Positions 1-14,830 of a stretch of 64,000 bases of DNA are shown piece after piece. The notes below the pieces were generated by a model. That model saw only the letters and a program-made list of their open reading frames with translations, searched no databases and had not been told where the DNA came from. How positions within the stretch are numbered: position 1 is the stretch's first letter; every line of letters starts with the position of its first letter. Source of the DNA: Octopus sinensis (lineage: Eukaryota); NCBI RefSeq assembly GCF_006345805.1, contig NW_021833288.1, positions 12,470 through 76,469 of the forward strand, in the 5' to 3' direction. Both the position numbers and the translations under genes were made by a program.

Positions 1-266
1 TTTCACATAAAAATCGCCAATAATTTTAGTACAAATAGCTCAAGTTAGTATAGTTTTGTAACAATTAATCCAAAATGTCTTATATTTCTGATTTCTTTTT
101 TAAACTACAGTATTTAATATTATTTTTGAAGAATTATTTAATTTAGTCAAAATATGCAAACATTCTATGGCTTTTTTAGCCACTGTATAACTTTGACTGT
201 ATCTATATATACTCCTTTGATTTTATAAAAACATATATGATAATATTAAAAAATAGAATATGAATA

Positions 267-2077
267 TTATTTTTTTCCAATTTTCACACAGTGTTCCGAT
301 AAAAATGGCACATACAAATCAATCATATTTGGCAAAACCATCTGCTTCTAAGAAATTATTTTCCTGGAAAAAACCTCAAACAAACTAATTAGGGAACGCT
401 TGAAATATTTGCTGAAAGAATTTCCAATGGATTTGGAGCCAACCATCGGTTTAATCGATAAGAAAAGACTAGGTGTCGGCTTAAATCCTATCCTAAAAAT
501 CATATCCACTATAAAAACAACCAAATACGATCTGTAGGAGGATTTGGAATGTTGAAACAAAAAATTCCCATCAATGAAGATATTTCGACATTTAGTTTGA
601 ATATGGAATTAGAAACCCCCGCAAACGACTTTTTGATAACCCCGAATTCAGACGCCTTCTTAAAATAACTAGAATTTTTGATTCGATCAACAATATCGTC
701 AAAATTACTTTCCTTTCTACTATAAAATTATTAAAAAATGACTAAATACGCAGAAAAGTCCAATTCTTCATCATCAGAATCATTCCTTTTAAATTTAAAA
801 CAAATATCATACCTCTTAGAGCCTTCGTCAGTCTTACTGCGTTCATTCATCAGATTTACTCTTGTTTCAATCTCGAAAATCAATCCACCGTCATATGACA
901 TTTCCAGGTCAAACCAGATGCCATTTGTGTCATAATATGGATTTCGAGCATGACGTATTATAGGGAGCGAGACCCCAAGATTAGTCACAGTTAATTTTAT
1001 GTAGTCGATTATAAATGGAATCTTTTTAATTTAAACAAAACAACTTCAATTAAATTTATTTTCCTCTGTAAATGATTCTCGATTATCCCTTTCCAGTAAT
1101 CATCCAACGATTTCTTATCAAAAAGGTGATGAATTATGCAATTTTGCAAGAGTTCTAAATTTGGTTGATTTTTTAAACTTTATCAACAATTAAGGAAAAT
1201 CTAAACCTTTGGGGAATTGACCGAGAGTATAATTTATTCGCACAAGCAGCTGACTGGAACACAGAAAACCACATTTGTTTTTCTCTTTTAAATTGGGCAT
1301 AGAAAAATAATTTCTTTTTGTTTGTTGTTTCTACGCAAATTGGATATCGCACTGACCAAAGCTTGTTCAGTGAAGAAAATTTCGGAATTAGATAAACATC
1401 AGCATCTGTAATAAATAAAAAAAACAATTTTCACTTTTTAGATTGTACATTTTCCCTCTCTGATCTTCTATGCTTTTACTAATAACAACAAATTGTTCAT
1501 CTATGATTTTTGTATATACTTTTTTCTCGTCATTTGGATAACCACAAGAAAGATAAAGATATCCTTTATACGAAATATCATCGGGAAAATTGACAGGAAT
1601 TAACGAATTTGTGTTTTTAACCGAAGAATTAATTTCTTTTAATACCATCAGATTAAATATTCTTTCGACTAAAACATTCCAAAAAACTGCAAAAAGAATG
1701 CCAATAATTATTACGGCGTAGATAAATCCTTTAATAAATTGGAAATGAATTTTGTCAGTCAAATAAGTTAAGAATAATACTGTGGTACATATATTTAAAA
1801 AACCAAATTTTGAAATCAAAAAATCTGATTTCAAGTGTTCAAGATCAGAAAGAAATAAATCTGAGAGAACATTTGTTTCTGACATTTCAAAACTAGATGA
1901 GTCTACCGATTTATCAATTGTAGTAGATTGTGCATTATTACTCTCATTTTTTGTATTTGCAAAATCCTCACTCATAGTTTCAGGTGAGGAAGGCATAACA
2001 ATTGAGTGACTGAAATGGAATTTGCTATTTAAATGTTTGACCCGAAAATTTCTAAATACACGACGAAACGCAGGCAT
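267..2077 (-). CDS. TEX2: TEX2-like ER lipid-transfer protein (TM segments, PH-like and SMP domains), multi-exon
   Basis: Exons give 'LWSVRYPICVE...LFFYAQFKREKQMWF' (PH-like) and 'LPIIRHARNPYYDTNGIWFDLEMSYDGGLIFEIETRVNL' and 'NIPNPPTDRIW|IGFKPTP', which match TEX2 SMP motifs. The last exon 'MVLPNMIDLYVPF...' stops at 267-269. The start (ATG 2077 or a downstream Met) is uncertain. Confidence 0.85.
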
Positions 2078-2491
2078 CCAGATTTAAATGAAATTTTATT
2101 AAAACACAATTCTATATAAAAAATTTTAATTTTATAACATATTTAAAAAATATTTCCTTATTTTTATTAAAATACGTTTTAACGTTACACTGAACTGTTA
2201 GTAATTAAAAAGCTTAATTAAATAAAAAACTAACATCTGGTCAGTTAATTAAATCCAAAATTCATTTTTAATTAATGTACTTCTTTGTGTAGTTGTTAAA
2301 AAAAGCATTTGGTTATTTTGTTTTATTGATATTGAGTAAATTTAGAACACTAAATACTGAATTTCTAAAATAAAATAATCAATTTCGAAGAAATAAAACT
2401 TTTATGGGCGGTTTAATTCGATCGAATATTAAATTAAACCGCTAATCTTAATACAAATATAAAGTCATTAAAAATTGAAAAATGTAAATGT

Positions 2492-3440
2492 TTAAACTAT
2501 AATGAAAGGACCCAACATTTCTAAAATATACTGCTGCATCATAGCGGGTGAATATGAACCACTATATTACATTACTAAAATACAAATACAGAGGAGTGAC
2601 ATAATAATCGACAAATTCTCCTGAAATATTTTCCGTACAAGGCAGAATTCGACCAGGTTCATCTCCTACATTAGAACTATATTCTCCGTGAAATGTCCGG
2701 TAATAACAACTGACTTCCTTGTCCCCAAAATACACGTCTCCTCCATTGACATCATTCAATATTTGGTGATTATGTGCACACACAATAACCTATTAGTAAT
2801 ATAGAACTTAATCCGACTTGTTTGTTATACATTCTAGCTGCCATCAGAAGAGAAGTCGAATAAGGCTTTCCAACAAAACTATATACTTTATATAAATAAA
2901 CTTTCCATCTCTCAATATAGTAATGGCTGGTATTACTACAAGAGTGCAATTCTTCACAGCCTGAAATAAATTCTCTGATGGAACAAGAGAAGCAGAAATT
3001 CCAGCCGAACATAAATTTGCCATCATTTGGTGTCCCTACACGAAATATTAAGCATTTTACAAACCTCTCCCATATCAAGTTTCAAAACTTTGACTGAATA
3101 TTTCACGCACTTAAAACAATTCTAAATTTATTATTAAATAACAAAAATAACTTTAAAACATGATTCTAACAATTCCGAATCTCCCAATGTTAGAATCACG
3201 TCATTCGATTGAATAAATCGTTGTAGATCGTCGATTTCCTCACTTTCAAAATTATGTCCCAAAATAAAAACCCAGAATCAATTTCATTTTTATATGAATC
3301 AATTGCTTCAAGTACTGCTTGCTAGTTCACATAAAAATAAATATTTTCACTTTAAATGTGCAATTCGATTGATTATTACAAGCATCGTTCAATTGCAGTA
3401 GTGAGGTGTCAATGAACAAATGCTAATTTTTATTTTCGTA
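2492..3440 (-). CDS. Unidentified multi-exon, Cys-rich protein (5' end unresolved)
   Basis: ORFs 2770-3078 and 2562-2783 join in frame on removal of a 28-nt GT-AG intron (KQ|VIVCAHNH). A further short GT-AG intron leads to a stop at 2492. No family is recognised. Confidence 0.4.
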
Positions 3441-4140
3441 TTAATACGTTAATAAAATCATGGGACTCTGCTTTTTTATCTGAATTGGTTCTAGATTAAA
3501 TAATAAAATATTGAAATTACAGAATATCTTCGTCGTTTATTATTTTTCTTACTGAAAAATTTTTAAAAATAATAAAACTTCGTTTTATAACGTTATGGAT
3601 TTGAATTTTGTGAAGAGTAAATGAATTGTTTACTATTTCTTCAAAATTTGTAATCTTGTCGTAAAATTCTCTTTTAATTTATTATATTTTGTAACTACTT
3701 AGAAGTTGTAATATTTTGAAAAATATATTCTATTAATTTTATTATTTTCAATATAATTGCGTGAGAATCCTTCGTTTTTCTAATTATAAACATGAATAAG
3801 TATAAACCTGGTAGATATATCTACAATGAGATTTTTTACTCGATCGACTTCAGAACTATTTAACTTGACTACCATATCAACGTGAAAACAATTTTTAAAT
3901 AAAATATACAAAATATTTTTTAAATAAATTACTGAATTGTTTATAATTAAAAAAATCTTATACTTAAAAAATCCATTTATCAAACCTGCTTTGGCAAATT
4001 ATACCGACTTTTATCGAATAGTTAGATCTTTGTATTAATCAATAACTATAGTTAATAAATTTATATAATTTAAAGAATATTTTCAATTAAATATGAAAAA
4101 TAATAAATTTATTTTTAAAATCAGTGTTCTGTGTGTTGCA

Positions 4141-5379
4141 ATGGCACTCGTAGCAAAACGAAAAGTTGATGATTCATTAAATTTACTATCATCTAAAAGA
4201 CAGAAAGTTGAAGATGTATAATTTATATTATCTTTATTTCTTTTTAGAAAGTAGTTCGTAGGAGTAGCCTTCCTGGCCCTGTTATGTTACTTTCAGGTCA
4301 TACTCGAACCATTCTTTGCGGAAAATTCTCTCCGATGGTGGATTATTTGCTTCTGCCGGAATGGATCGAATAATACGTTCAAAAAATATTTTATACAATC
4401 TAAAGGGCTCTGGAATACATCTGGAGAATGCAATAATTTTTGTTCCATGTCGGGTCACACGGGTGCTATTTTGGACTTGCAGATATCTTCCGATGGAACG
4501 TGAGTTGCCAAATTCTATTTATAATTAGACGTCTTTATACTGCTTCGACTGACAAAACGATGGGAATTTGGGATTTAGAAACAGGTGCTCGAATAGCCAA
4601 GAAGAGAGGACATACTAATTTTATTAATTCTTGCAATCCGCTCCGTCATGGGCCCGATTTGATATGTTCTGGAGGCGATGACGGGGAAATTTTGGTTTGT
4701 TTTATTTTTTCGTTAAAATGGTTAGATTTGGGACATCCGTAAGAGAAGTGCCATAAAGTCGTTGGAAAATCGCTATCCAGTCACCGCAGTTACATTTGCT
4801 GACAATGCTGATACTATTATTTCAGGAGGAATTGATAATGATATCAAAGTTTTATTTTTTCGTATATTTTTAATAGATTTGGGATTTGAGGAATTCTGTA
4901 ATCTCTTGTAAACTTTCAGCCCACACTGACACTGTGACTGGATTGGAGCTTAGTCCGGATGGTTCTTACTTGCTCTCTAATGCTATGGATAAAATTGGCA
5001 TTAAATGTTTTGATTTAGTTATAGTTCGTATATGGGACATTCGCCCGTTCGTGACACAAACCAATCGTTGTTCAAAAGTATTTTATGGACTAAACCACGA
5101 CCACGAACGAGTATTTTTTATTCTTTATAATTAGTTCTTGTTACGAGCATCGTGGTCTCCCGATGGATCTATGGTCAGTGCTGGATCATCTGATCAATTT
5201 GTATATGTGTGGGATACAACCACTACGAGGATTTTGTATAAACTCCCCGGTCATCATGGATCGGTAAATGAAACAGACTTTCATCCGACAGAACCAATAA
5301 GTTTGTTTTTAGTTTAATATTTCGTTTTTTAGTTTCGTCTGTTTCTAGTGATATGAACATCTACTTTGGGGAGATTTAA
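4141..5379 (+). CDS. SNRNP40: U5 snRNP 40 kDa WD40 protein
   Basis: Spliced translation gives 'SSLPGPVMLLSGH', 'TASTDKTMGIWD', 'GHTNFINSC', 'SGGIDNDIK', 'LLSNAMDK-VRIWDIRPF', 'LYKLPGHHGSVNETDFHP', colinear with SNRNP40. Introns are about 27-32 nt; one is GC-AG (4998-5024). Confidence 0.95.
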
Positions 5380-5500
5380 TTCCTTTGATACTTTCTTTTT
5401 CAATAAACTGTAATTTATAAACTTTTATTTGCTTTCTAGAAAGAGTATCTATGTTCAATTTTTATAGTATCTGGCCACTACCCATTCCAGCCAATATATA

Positions 5501-8391
5501 GGGTTTTTAAAGCTATAATGTCGACCACAAAAGCTTTAGTTTTGACCTTTCTAGTATTAGTGTTGAAGCTCTAAGCATTTGCGTTTAAACCGCATATAAT
5601 CAAGCATTAGCGTTTTTTAATGAAATCAAAACAAAATTTTTTAAGAATCAAAGTTTGATTCATTTATTTGAGCATTTTGCGATAAAAAACAATGTTCAAT
5701 AGTTATTTATTTTGTTACTAATGATATTTTTCAACTTTAATTTGGTGCTGACATTCTCAGAAATAACAAATGTTTCCATACAGAAAATATATCTCTATAT
5801 GATTCAAACAGAGAATGAAGTGGTAAATATTCAAGATTAAATTCCAGAATGACTTAAGTTAACTCTTTATAATGATGCATCCAAACATTATTCATTATAA
5901 ATAATAAATTCAGAATATCATATTTTTTTAGTTTAATTAGACATTTTTTGAAGGTTTCTTCATTTAGGGAAAATTTGAAAAGTTTATTGAACACGATTCC
6001 ATATTTGTTCATTTCCTCAAAAACAAATACGTTTCTGTTTTCTAGATGTGGCACCGTCAAATAGGGCGATTTTTTAGACTTCGCTCTCCCTTTTTTCGCA
6101 TCCGTACAGGCTGAAAATCCTACTTCATTGAGAAAAACTATACTTTTATCTTTGATTCCATTTTGTAAACGTCAAAAATTAGCTGCATATATTTTCCTTA
6201 GTTTAATGATAGTATTAATATTTTGTTTGCTGGCATTTTTAAAATTTATTAAATGCGTAGTGAAAGTCTTTAAGATATCTGTTAATAATACTTGGACTGA
6301 TATTTATCTGCTATTTAGAAAACATAATGTCTTGATTTTGATGGTGTTAATAAATAATTATCACCCACCAAACTAATAAATAATGTATTGCTTGTGTAAA
6401 TCATTCAATTTGGAAGAACAATCTCCACGAAGTTTGCTCTCAATATCTCCGAATTTTATCAATTGCTAAAGTATTTGGCTTACTGAGAAATGAGCCATAT
6501 TTAGATAGTCACTTATTTTTAATTAGATTTTCCATTAATTGAACGTTCACCAATCAGTTTTTTGTTGAAAAGGATATTCTATTGTTTGTGTTCATATATA
6601 GCTCTTACTCTAACACATAATTACCCGAAAGAAGTCAATAATCGCGTATATGTAGTTTAAACGCTAATGCCTAAAGCAGTGGTTCTCAACCTTTTTTGTC
6701 CGCGGACCCCTTGTGAGTAAATGAAAAATTTCGCGGACCCCCTACATATTTATTAAGTTGTTTGTCAAAAAAATTTTACTTATCTAAAAACAAAATTTAT
6801 TATTAAATCAATAGAGAAAATTAGTGAGAAGGTTGATATTGTTTTTTCGAGGCAATTTTTTCAATAAGAGGCTCGGTTGTCGACAAGCAAACCCTGATGT
6901 CATCTTCAATATTCAGTCTTGCGCGATGATTATTTTTTATATTGAGAAGTGCTGAGAAGCCATGTTCGCATAAATATGTTGTCGGGAATATAAGCAACAA
7001 ATTTAATGCATTTGCGCTTACGGAAGGATAATGCTTACACATTTCGCACTCAAAATCTTGATAAAGCAAGTTTTTCATACAAATCTCTTGCGTTTGAATT
7101 ATTGATCATGTCAATAAAAGCCTCTTCGATATTTTCATCGACCAAACGTGGATCAACACTGAAGGTGTACGAATGAATTTCAAATCAATTTCGTTCAATT
7201 CTGGAAAGTATTTATTTACTTCTTGTTTTAGATATGTTAAATGTGCATAAATAAGTTCGGTTATTTTTTTGATTTCAAATGCATCTATATTTACAGATTG
7301 TTCTTCAAAAGATTCAAACATAGTAAAATTATTTAGTTTTACTTTTTCTTTCCACAGTGTTAACTTCATCAAAAAAGCACTAATAATTAATATGAAACAG
7401 TTAACAAACTTAATTTTATCCACAAAATCAATTATTGTTTCATGTCTTCCCTGAAGCGATTTGTTGAGTGAATTTATACGAGAGAAGACATCTCTCAAGT
7501 AAGCAAGTTTAGATAGCCATGAACTATCCATTAATTTCGAAATAAATTCCGATGATTTGGAATTGTTTTCGCGAATAAAATATTCAGATAATTCATTCCT
7601 CAAAGAAAAAACTCTGGCAAAAATGTTTCCCCGAGATAGCCATCTCACCTCAGTGTGGAATAACAAAGCCTTTCATCCTTTTCAAATTCTTCGCAAATAA
7701 GTCTGAAAATGCGCGATTTAAAGCACTCTTTTTAATATAATTATGATATGTACGACATCATCGAGAACATATCTTAAATCTGAAGGTAATGTTTTTGCAG
7801 CAAGTGCATATCGATGTAGCATACAATGCATATGTTTCGTTTCCTGGTTAGCAAGTCTAACTTGGTCTCTAAAGCCAGAATGAAAGCCAAGCATTGCTGG
7901 AGCTCCATCGGTTGTGCAACAACATACATTATTCCAAGATAACCCAACACTGTCAAAAAACATAGAAATTGCTTGAAAAAATATCTTCTCCTTTAGTGGT
8001 CGATTCAAGCGAATAGGAAAATAAAAATTCCTCTTTAAAATCTCCGTCATAGACATAACGAGCAAATATTATTAATTGAGCACAGTTCGCTACATCGGTG
8101 GATTCATCAACTTGTATAGCGAAATTTTGATGGCATGAAGTTTTTTGTTCTACCACCTGAAATATAATATATATATGATATATTAATTATGATATATTAA
8201 TTATTATTAAAAATATATTAATATATTATATTATTATAATTAATTATATTTATCTTATATTTAAATATGATTCATTAAATAGAAACATTTAAATAAAGTT
8301 TCAGAAAAATCTCGCGGACCCAGGTTGAGAACCACTGGCCTAAAGCTTCAAGGCTAGTGCTTTCGCTTTCGACCCTAAGACTCAAAAACCC
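5501..8391 (-). mobile_element. Decayed IS630/Tc1-type DNA transposon with long degenerate inverted repeats; right repeat interrupted by a hAT
   Basis: 5501-5597 is the reverse complement of 6641-6676 joined to 8346-8391 (33/38 matches in the core 'ttgaagct.ta.gcatt.gcgtttaaac..catata'). The interior reads 'NEVGFS...GRAKSKKSPYLTVP...LFIMNNVWMHH' (DDE_3-like). No clear TSD. Confidence 0.55.
6677..8337 (-). mobile_element. hAT (Buster/Charlie group) transposon, internally deleted, frameshifted transposase
   Basis: TIR cagtggttctcaacct at both ends and a perfect 8-bp TSD gcctaaag (6669-6676, 8338-8345). ORFs contain 'FAIQVDESTD', 'CTTDGAPAM', 'HCMLHRYAL', 'HTEVRWLSRG', 'FPTTYLCEHGFS'. Confidence 0.95.
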
Positions 8392-8549
8392 GATAATATA
8401 GATTATCCTGACTTTTTAGCTATTGAGAAAAATCCGACTTGCTTAACACAATCATTAAATTATATATAGAATCATAACAGTTAATAGTATTGCATATCAG
8501 CTCAGATAGGGGCGAAAATTTCGTCATAATTCAGATTCAAGAATCATCA

Positions 8550-9330
8550 ATGCTGAGTTAATAACACTAAATATGTGAATATGAGCACGCGATATAAATA
8601 ATTTATTTTTATAGTGAAAATAAATTTAATTATTCGGATATGGATACAAATTAAATATTTAATTATAATCATTGAATCACTTTTGATAGGGTTACTAGCG
8701 ACCTATGGAAGCATTGATATTTGCCCAAACAATTCTATCTGCGTATTGTCAGAAGTAATGTTTTGCTATCTCTCAATAAGTGTTCTAATTTTAAAAATTG
8801 GGCATACAAGTTATCGGATAATTTATCTACTTTGGGAATCAAATAAATGATCCCATTACATATTAACTCTGGAATCGAGCTCTAGTCAAATGTAAACTGT
8901 TCGATTGCTTGACACATGAAAAAATCTAATCTTTTTTCAAAGTAGCTTGTATTCAAAAATGGCTTATTTTTGCTATGCGTCAAAATATACCATTTTCTTT
9001 AAGATTTTTATAGTTGTTCTTGAGGAAATTGTTTTATTTGTTAGTTTCATAATTTCATTAGAGATCTATATCAATGTTTTTGTTGGATTTTCTTTGGAAT
9101 GCTTCATTGATTCTTTCAAATCATTTCTATTATATATTTTTGTCCTTCTAGATTTTCGTTTCCGATAGGTTATGCCTGTTTTCTTGTATCGCTGGATAAA
9201 ATTAGACATTTTTCCTCATTTACCCCAACTTTTTAAAGAAATTTGCTCAAAATGTCATTTTTATTTCATATAAAAAATAATTTTTCTTTTAAACCTGGAC
9301 AATTTAAAATTGCATTCAACAATGTTGAAC
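8550..9330 (-). mobile_element. Possible highly decayed Tc1-like transposase remnant
   Basis: A minus-strand fragment 'SNFIQRYKKTGITYRKRKSRR' resembles a Tc1 N-terminal HTH. There are many stops and no termini were found. Confidence 0.3.
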
Positions 9331-10550
9331 CATATTTAAAGATTCCAAAAGGAGTTTTTAAAGGAATTAGGTTGTTATTGCATTTTTTAAATCTAATACT
9401 GATATGATTGACAATTATCAGATTCGGGCTTCCATCAGAAATATCAATATAAAAATGTTAGATTTGCTGCTTTACTATTTTTTTAGAAAACCCAATATGG
9501 TTTTAAATGCACACTTTATTGGGATATTGATGAAAATATACACAAAATAACTATTAGATGATTTTTATTTGATTTTAAAGACTCAAAACCAAAATATAAT
9601 TAAAGTGTATTATACCTGAAAAACTGAGAACAAGATTTAAAAATATTAATTTTCATGATAAGTCTGCTGCAAACTTATTTTATTCATCGATATCCTCAAA
9701 AGGGATTGGGCCAAAATGATAATTCCGATAGTTTAATTAACATAAAAGAAAAATTTGATTTGCTTCATTGTTAAAAATGATTAAATTATGAAACACGGCA
9801 ATTTATGTTAATTTGCCAACATTAACTAAGAATTGATGACATCTAACACATTCCTTCTCAATTGGTTAGTAGAATTATAACAAAAATTTTCTAAGCAGCC
9901 AATCGGTCTCTGACCATTCAAGATTTTCGTATGTTCTGGATTTCGTTCTCTGACAGAATAATTTCTTACATTGCCAATGACCTCATTGGTTTCACTGATA
10001 AAAATGACAAATGAATTGGACTTCAAGTAGCGTTTACAACTTTTTGTTTTGTCATTCCGGGACACCTTAATACCAAAAATTTCAAGATCGTCGGAACAAA
10101 AGTTTAAAAAACACAATATACTGAAATCAAGAGCAACATACTATGCTGTGCATCTTGGAGTGATAATTATGCAGCGTTGGCCTATCAACTTTTAAGGCTG
10201 TAATCAATTTCATAATGATAGAGGAATTTTAAAAAACTGTGAATCTTTAAGGTGTAAATGTAGAATAAAAACTAAAACATGGAAATGTACATTTTGTACG
10301 AAAAAATTAATTTTTCCAACAACAAGCACAAAAACAGTTCATTTCACATTTAAATCCGTGTTTCCTTGTGATTCTGTCGCACAAATAAGATGCTTGATCC
10401 TTGAACTTTTTGTAGAATATGTTTTGTGGACATTTACTGGACAGTTAGCTAAAGAGAAACAAAAAGTACCAATGTGTGATATCAGGATGATGCACCTCTG
10501 TTCTCAAGTCATTGGATATTTGTCTCAACAACATGTTCAAAATGCATATA

Positions 10551-11702
10551 CAGTCCGACCTCTAATGGGGCGCACCTCCAGGGGTGGGGCACCTCTTTTT
10601 GGGGAAAACTCTGTTTTGGGGCATTATAAATTTTTAACCAAATTATAAAAAAAATCAATAATTTTAACATCTCTATTTGGGGCATGATTTTTTATTAAAT
10701 AAAATTAATTATACCAATTTAAAAAATAAATATTTTAAGACACGTTCATTTCAAATTTCTTGTGTAATGCCTTTGAATTATGAAACAAACAAGTTGAAGA
10801 TTGCTGATCATCTTTTAAGAAAGAACATTCTGAGAGGAGATTATCCATAATGTACAATACTAGCAAGGGAACTATTTTTCGTATAAAAAAGAATATTCTT
10901 CCATTTATCAAAAAGGATTTCTTTCCTCATCATTGAGTGAAAATAAAAACGGATTTGATGAAAAAGTCCTTGATATTTTTCAGCGTCTAAGGGATCAGAA
11001 TGTTCCAGTTTCTGGAACTCTTTTAAAAAAATTTCTCTAACTGTTTCTTCGAGAATGGGTTCAAACAAGTTTAAAGCTTCAAATGGATGGTTAGAAAAAT
11101 TCAAGCAGAGGCATGAAATAAAATTCCGAACATTGTCAGGCGAATCCGCATCTGCTGATAATTATTTGAATTGTCTAATTGATTTTTTATGTTTTCAAGA
11201 CGACCAGGATTTGTTTATAGAGTCTTTATCCAAATTAAATTTGCGGCAAGTGGTAACAATAATCTCAGATGCTTGGAATAATGTATCTGCGGATATTATT
11301 TATAACTGCTGGCAAAAGGTTTTTCGACAATCTCCATCAGACTCGAGTGCATAAATGAATCATCTGAAGAAATATTTAATAATGTTATTGATGAATGTTT
11401 TGATGAAATAGAAGATAATGATCCAAAATTTATGAGAATATAAGCTGCGAACCATCAATATCACAAATTTTAAGTTTGATGGAAAACTTAGAGACAAACA
11501 TCTTTGATTTGATCCAGATTCTCTTCATGATTTTATGAATTCAGAAAGAAAGTGTCGTAGGAATTAAAAATAAATATAAAAAATTAACTGAATTTTAAAA
11601 AATAATGTTCTCTTTCTTTATTTATTGAGCTTTTTGAAAAACCTCTTTTTTGGGGAAACCTCTGATTTGAGGCACTTAGTGCCCCATTTAGAGGTCGGAC
11701 TG
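10551..11702 (+). mobile_element. Tigger/pogo non-autonomous element
   Basis: TA-flanked TIR cagtccgacctctaa(..)tggggc at both ends. CENP-B HTH remnant 'FKASNGWLEKFKQRHEIKFRTLSGES'. Confidence 0.9.
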
Positions 11703-11728
11703 TATAACATTAATTGAATGATAGATGG

Positions 11729-12114
11729 TCAACGGCAAGCAACGGCTGTTTGTCGGGAAACCTTAAAAAATGAGATTTTTAAAAAAAATTTAGTATAGTC
11801 ATCGATATAGATTCCTTCAGATATGTTGAGCTGATCGTTGTTCAAATGCCGAATTTTGGATTCAATTGAAGGAGTGAAAATGATGAATTTATTTCCATTC
11901 TTCCATCTTAACAAGTTTACAAAGAATATAGGCAAACACTCATAATCAAAAAATAAGAATTTATTTTTTCTAAGTGTTTTATTTTTTGTCGGGGAGAACA
12001 TAGAGACATTTTTGTTTTCTGGCAAAAGTCGAGGAGTTGAAATACTCTTCCTTTTTGACCTATATGGACCCAATTCCTCAGACTCCTAAATCTATGGAGA
12101 AAAAAACAAAACAA
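11729..12114 (-). CDS. Possible small unidentified gene divergent from GAPDH
   Basis: A 114-aa ORF in an AT-rich background preceded by a candidate AG acceptor. No recognisable family. Confidence 0.25.
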
Positions 12115-12310
12115 GATTACTAAAAAATCAGGTGTATTGATGTATGTTGGCTTTTAAAAAAGATGAATACAAGATAGATATTTTAATTTATATAAGATTA
12201 TTTCTTATGAAACAAGATAATATAAATTAAAAATATTATTTATTATCTTAACGTATTTTAAATATATAATAAATTAATTCATAACTTTTCCTGATTGCGG
12301 TTTATTACGG

Positions 12311-13547
<1,237 letters not shown>

Positions 13548-14459
13548 TAATTGATTTAATAATTCATCCTAATAATTTAATTGTTGGTATTAAATACACT
13601 AATTCGAATTAGTTTTATTTTTTTAAACCAAAAAAGAACTTCAACCACATAGGGTGTGTATCAAACCATTATTTTTTGATTTTTTTATTATAGCATTATA
13701 AAAATTAAATCAGACTAATAAATGCTTTAGATTAGCGGTTCTGAACTGTGTCCCCGAAAATTTTAGGAATTTTGATAAAAATATATTAAAGTTAAAACTA
13801 ATTGTGTAATTAAGTATAAACCAAAAACATTGAAATTAATCTGATTTGATTAGCGTGGTTTACCACGATTTAAACCATCCTCAGGTCTGAAAAAAAAAAT
13901 AATTGCAAATCTTTAACAGAATTGTTTTCCCTGTAACATTTTAATCATCAAATGGCTGAAAATGCTTTTTCCCGTTGTGATAATTAATTTTTTATTTTTC
14001 TGACTATTAAAATATAATAAAATTAAGTTGATTTTGGAAAGGACAAACAATTTGATTTTCAAAGAATTAAATTTTTAAATTCTTTGGGTTTTCGTGCATT
14101 TTAAAGAATAAAAGTTTTTTGTTACTTTATCGTATCAGCGCGGATGAGTGAGGAAGATATTTATAGTTTTGATTGCTGGCTGAACCAGCTGTTTCAGGAA
14201 TGACTAACAACAACCTTTTCTATCAAATTACTATTAAATAACGAAATAAGATCCTCATTATATTTTACCCTTCATGGAATAAAACAAAAATTCGAATTAA
14301 ATTTTCCGCAGTTATCAATATCAAAATAAAGTATAGCTCGACATCTAGATCTAATTTTGTATAAATTAAAGAAACTAAATTAAGCCTGAGGCTAATTTTA
14401 AATTTAAAAAAATCAAAAAAAAAATTTGTTAAAAAATATTTAAAATTTCAATCGGAAAA

Positions 14460-14830
14460 CAGATCAATTTGGTTTGTGGATGAATCAAACTTTAATCTCC
14501 ATATTAGCAGGACAGAAGAAAGATCGCTAAAAGTAACAAGATGCACTACTCTAGTTGCTACATCAAAAGGATCAAATATGCTTATAATTTGATGTATCTC
14601 AAATCTAGGACTCATCTATTATAAAATCCGAAGTGAAGCTCTTGAAAAGGATAGGCTTGTCATTCGATGAAAACTTGTATGAAGGAGTGTGCATATTAAA
14701 TATGGTGGTCCCGTTATTATGGTGTTGGACAATGCGCTAGCTTACAGTGGTATCAAATCAGTTTTTTGATTAAAAGAATTTAGAGATTTTCATATTCCTC
14801 GTCTCACTAGTCAAACCTTGTCGTAAATTT
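14460..14830 (+). mobile_element. IS630/Tc1-like transposase remnant
   Basis: 'IWFVDESNFNLHISR...KGSNM' and 'VIMVLDNA' catalytic-Asp motifs with intervening stops. Confidence 0.6.

Noticed and set aside
8160-8270. Almost pure A/T stretch inside the hAT
   Set aside because: Low-complexity filler or intron remnant at the internal deletion; no distinct structure.
13845-13890. Hammerhead-ribozyme/Penelope-like motif (minus strand ctgagga-tggttt...aaacca)
   Set aside because: The required GAAA core is absent (cgcta), and no stems I/III or Penelope ORF are visible.
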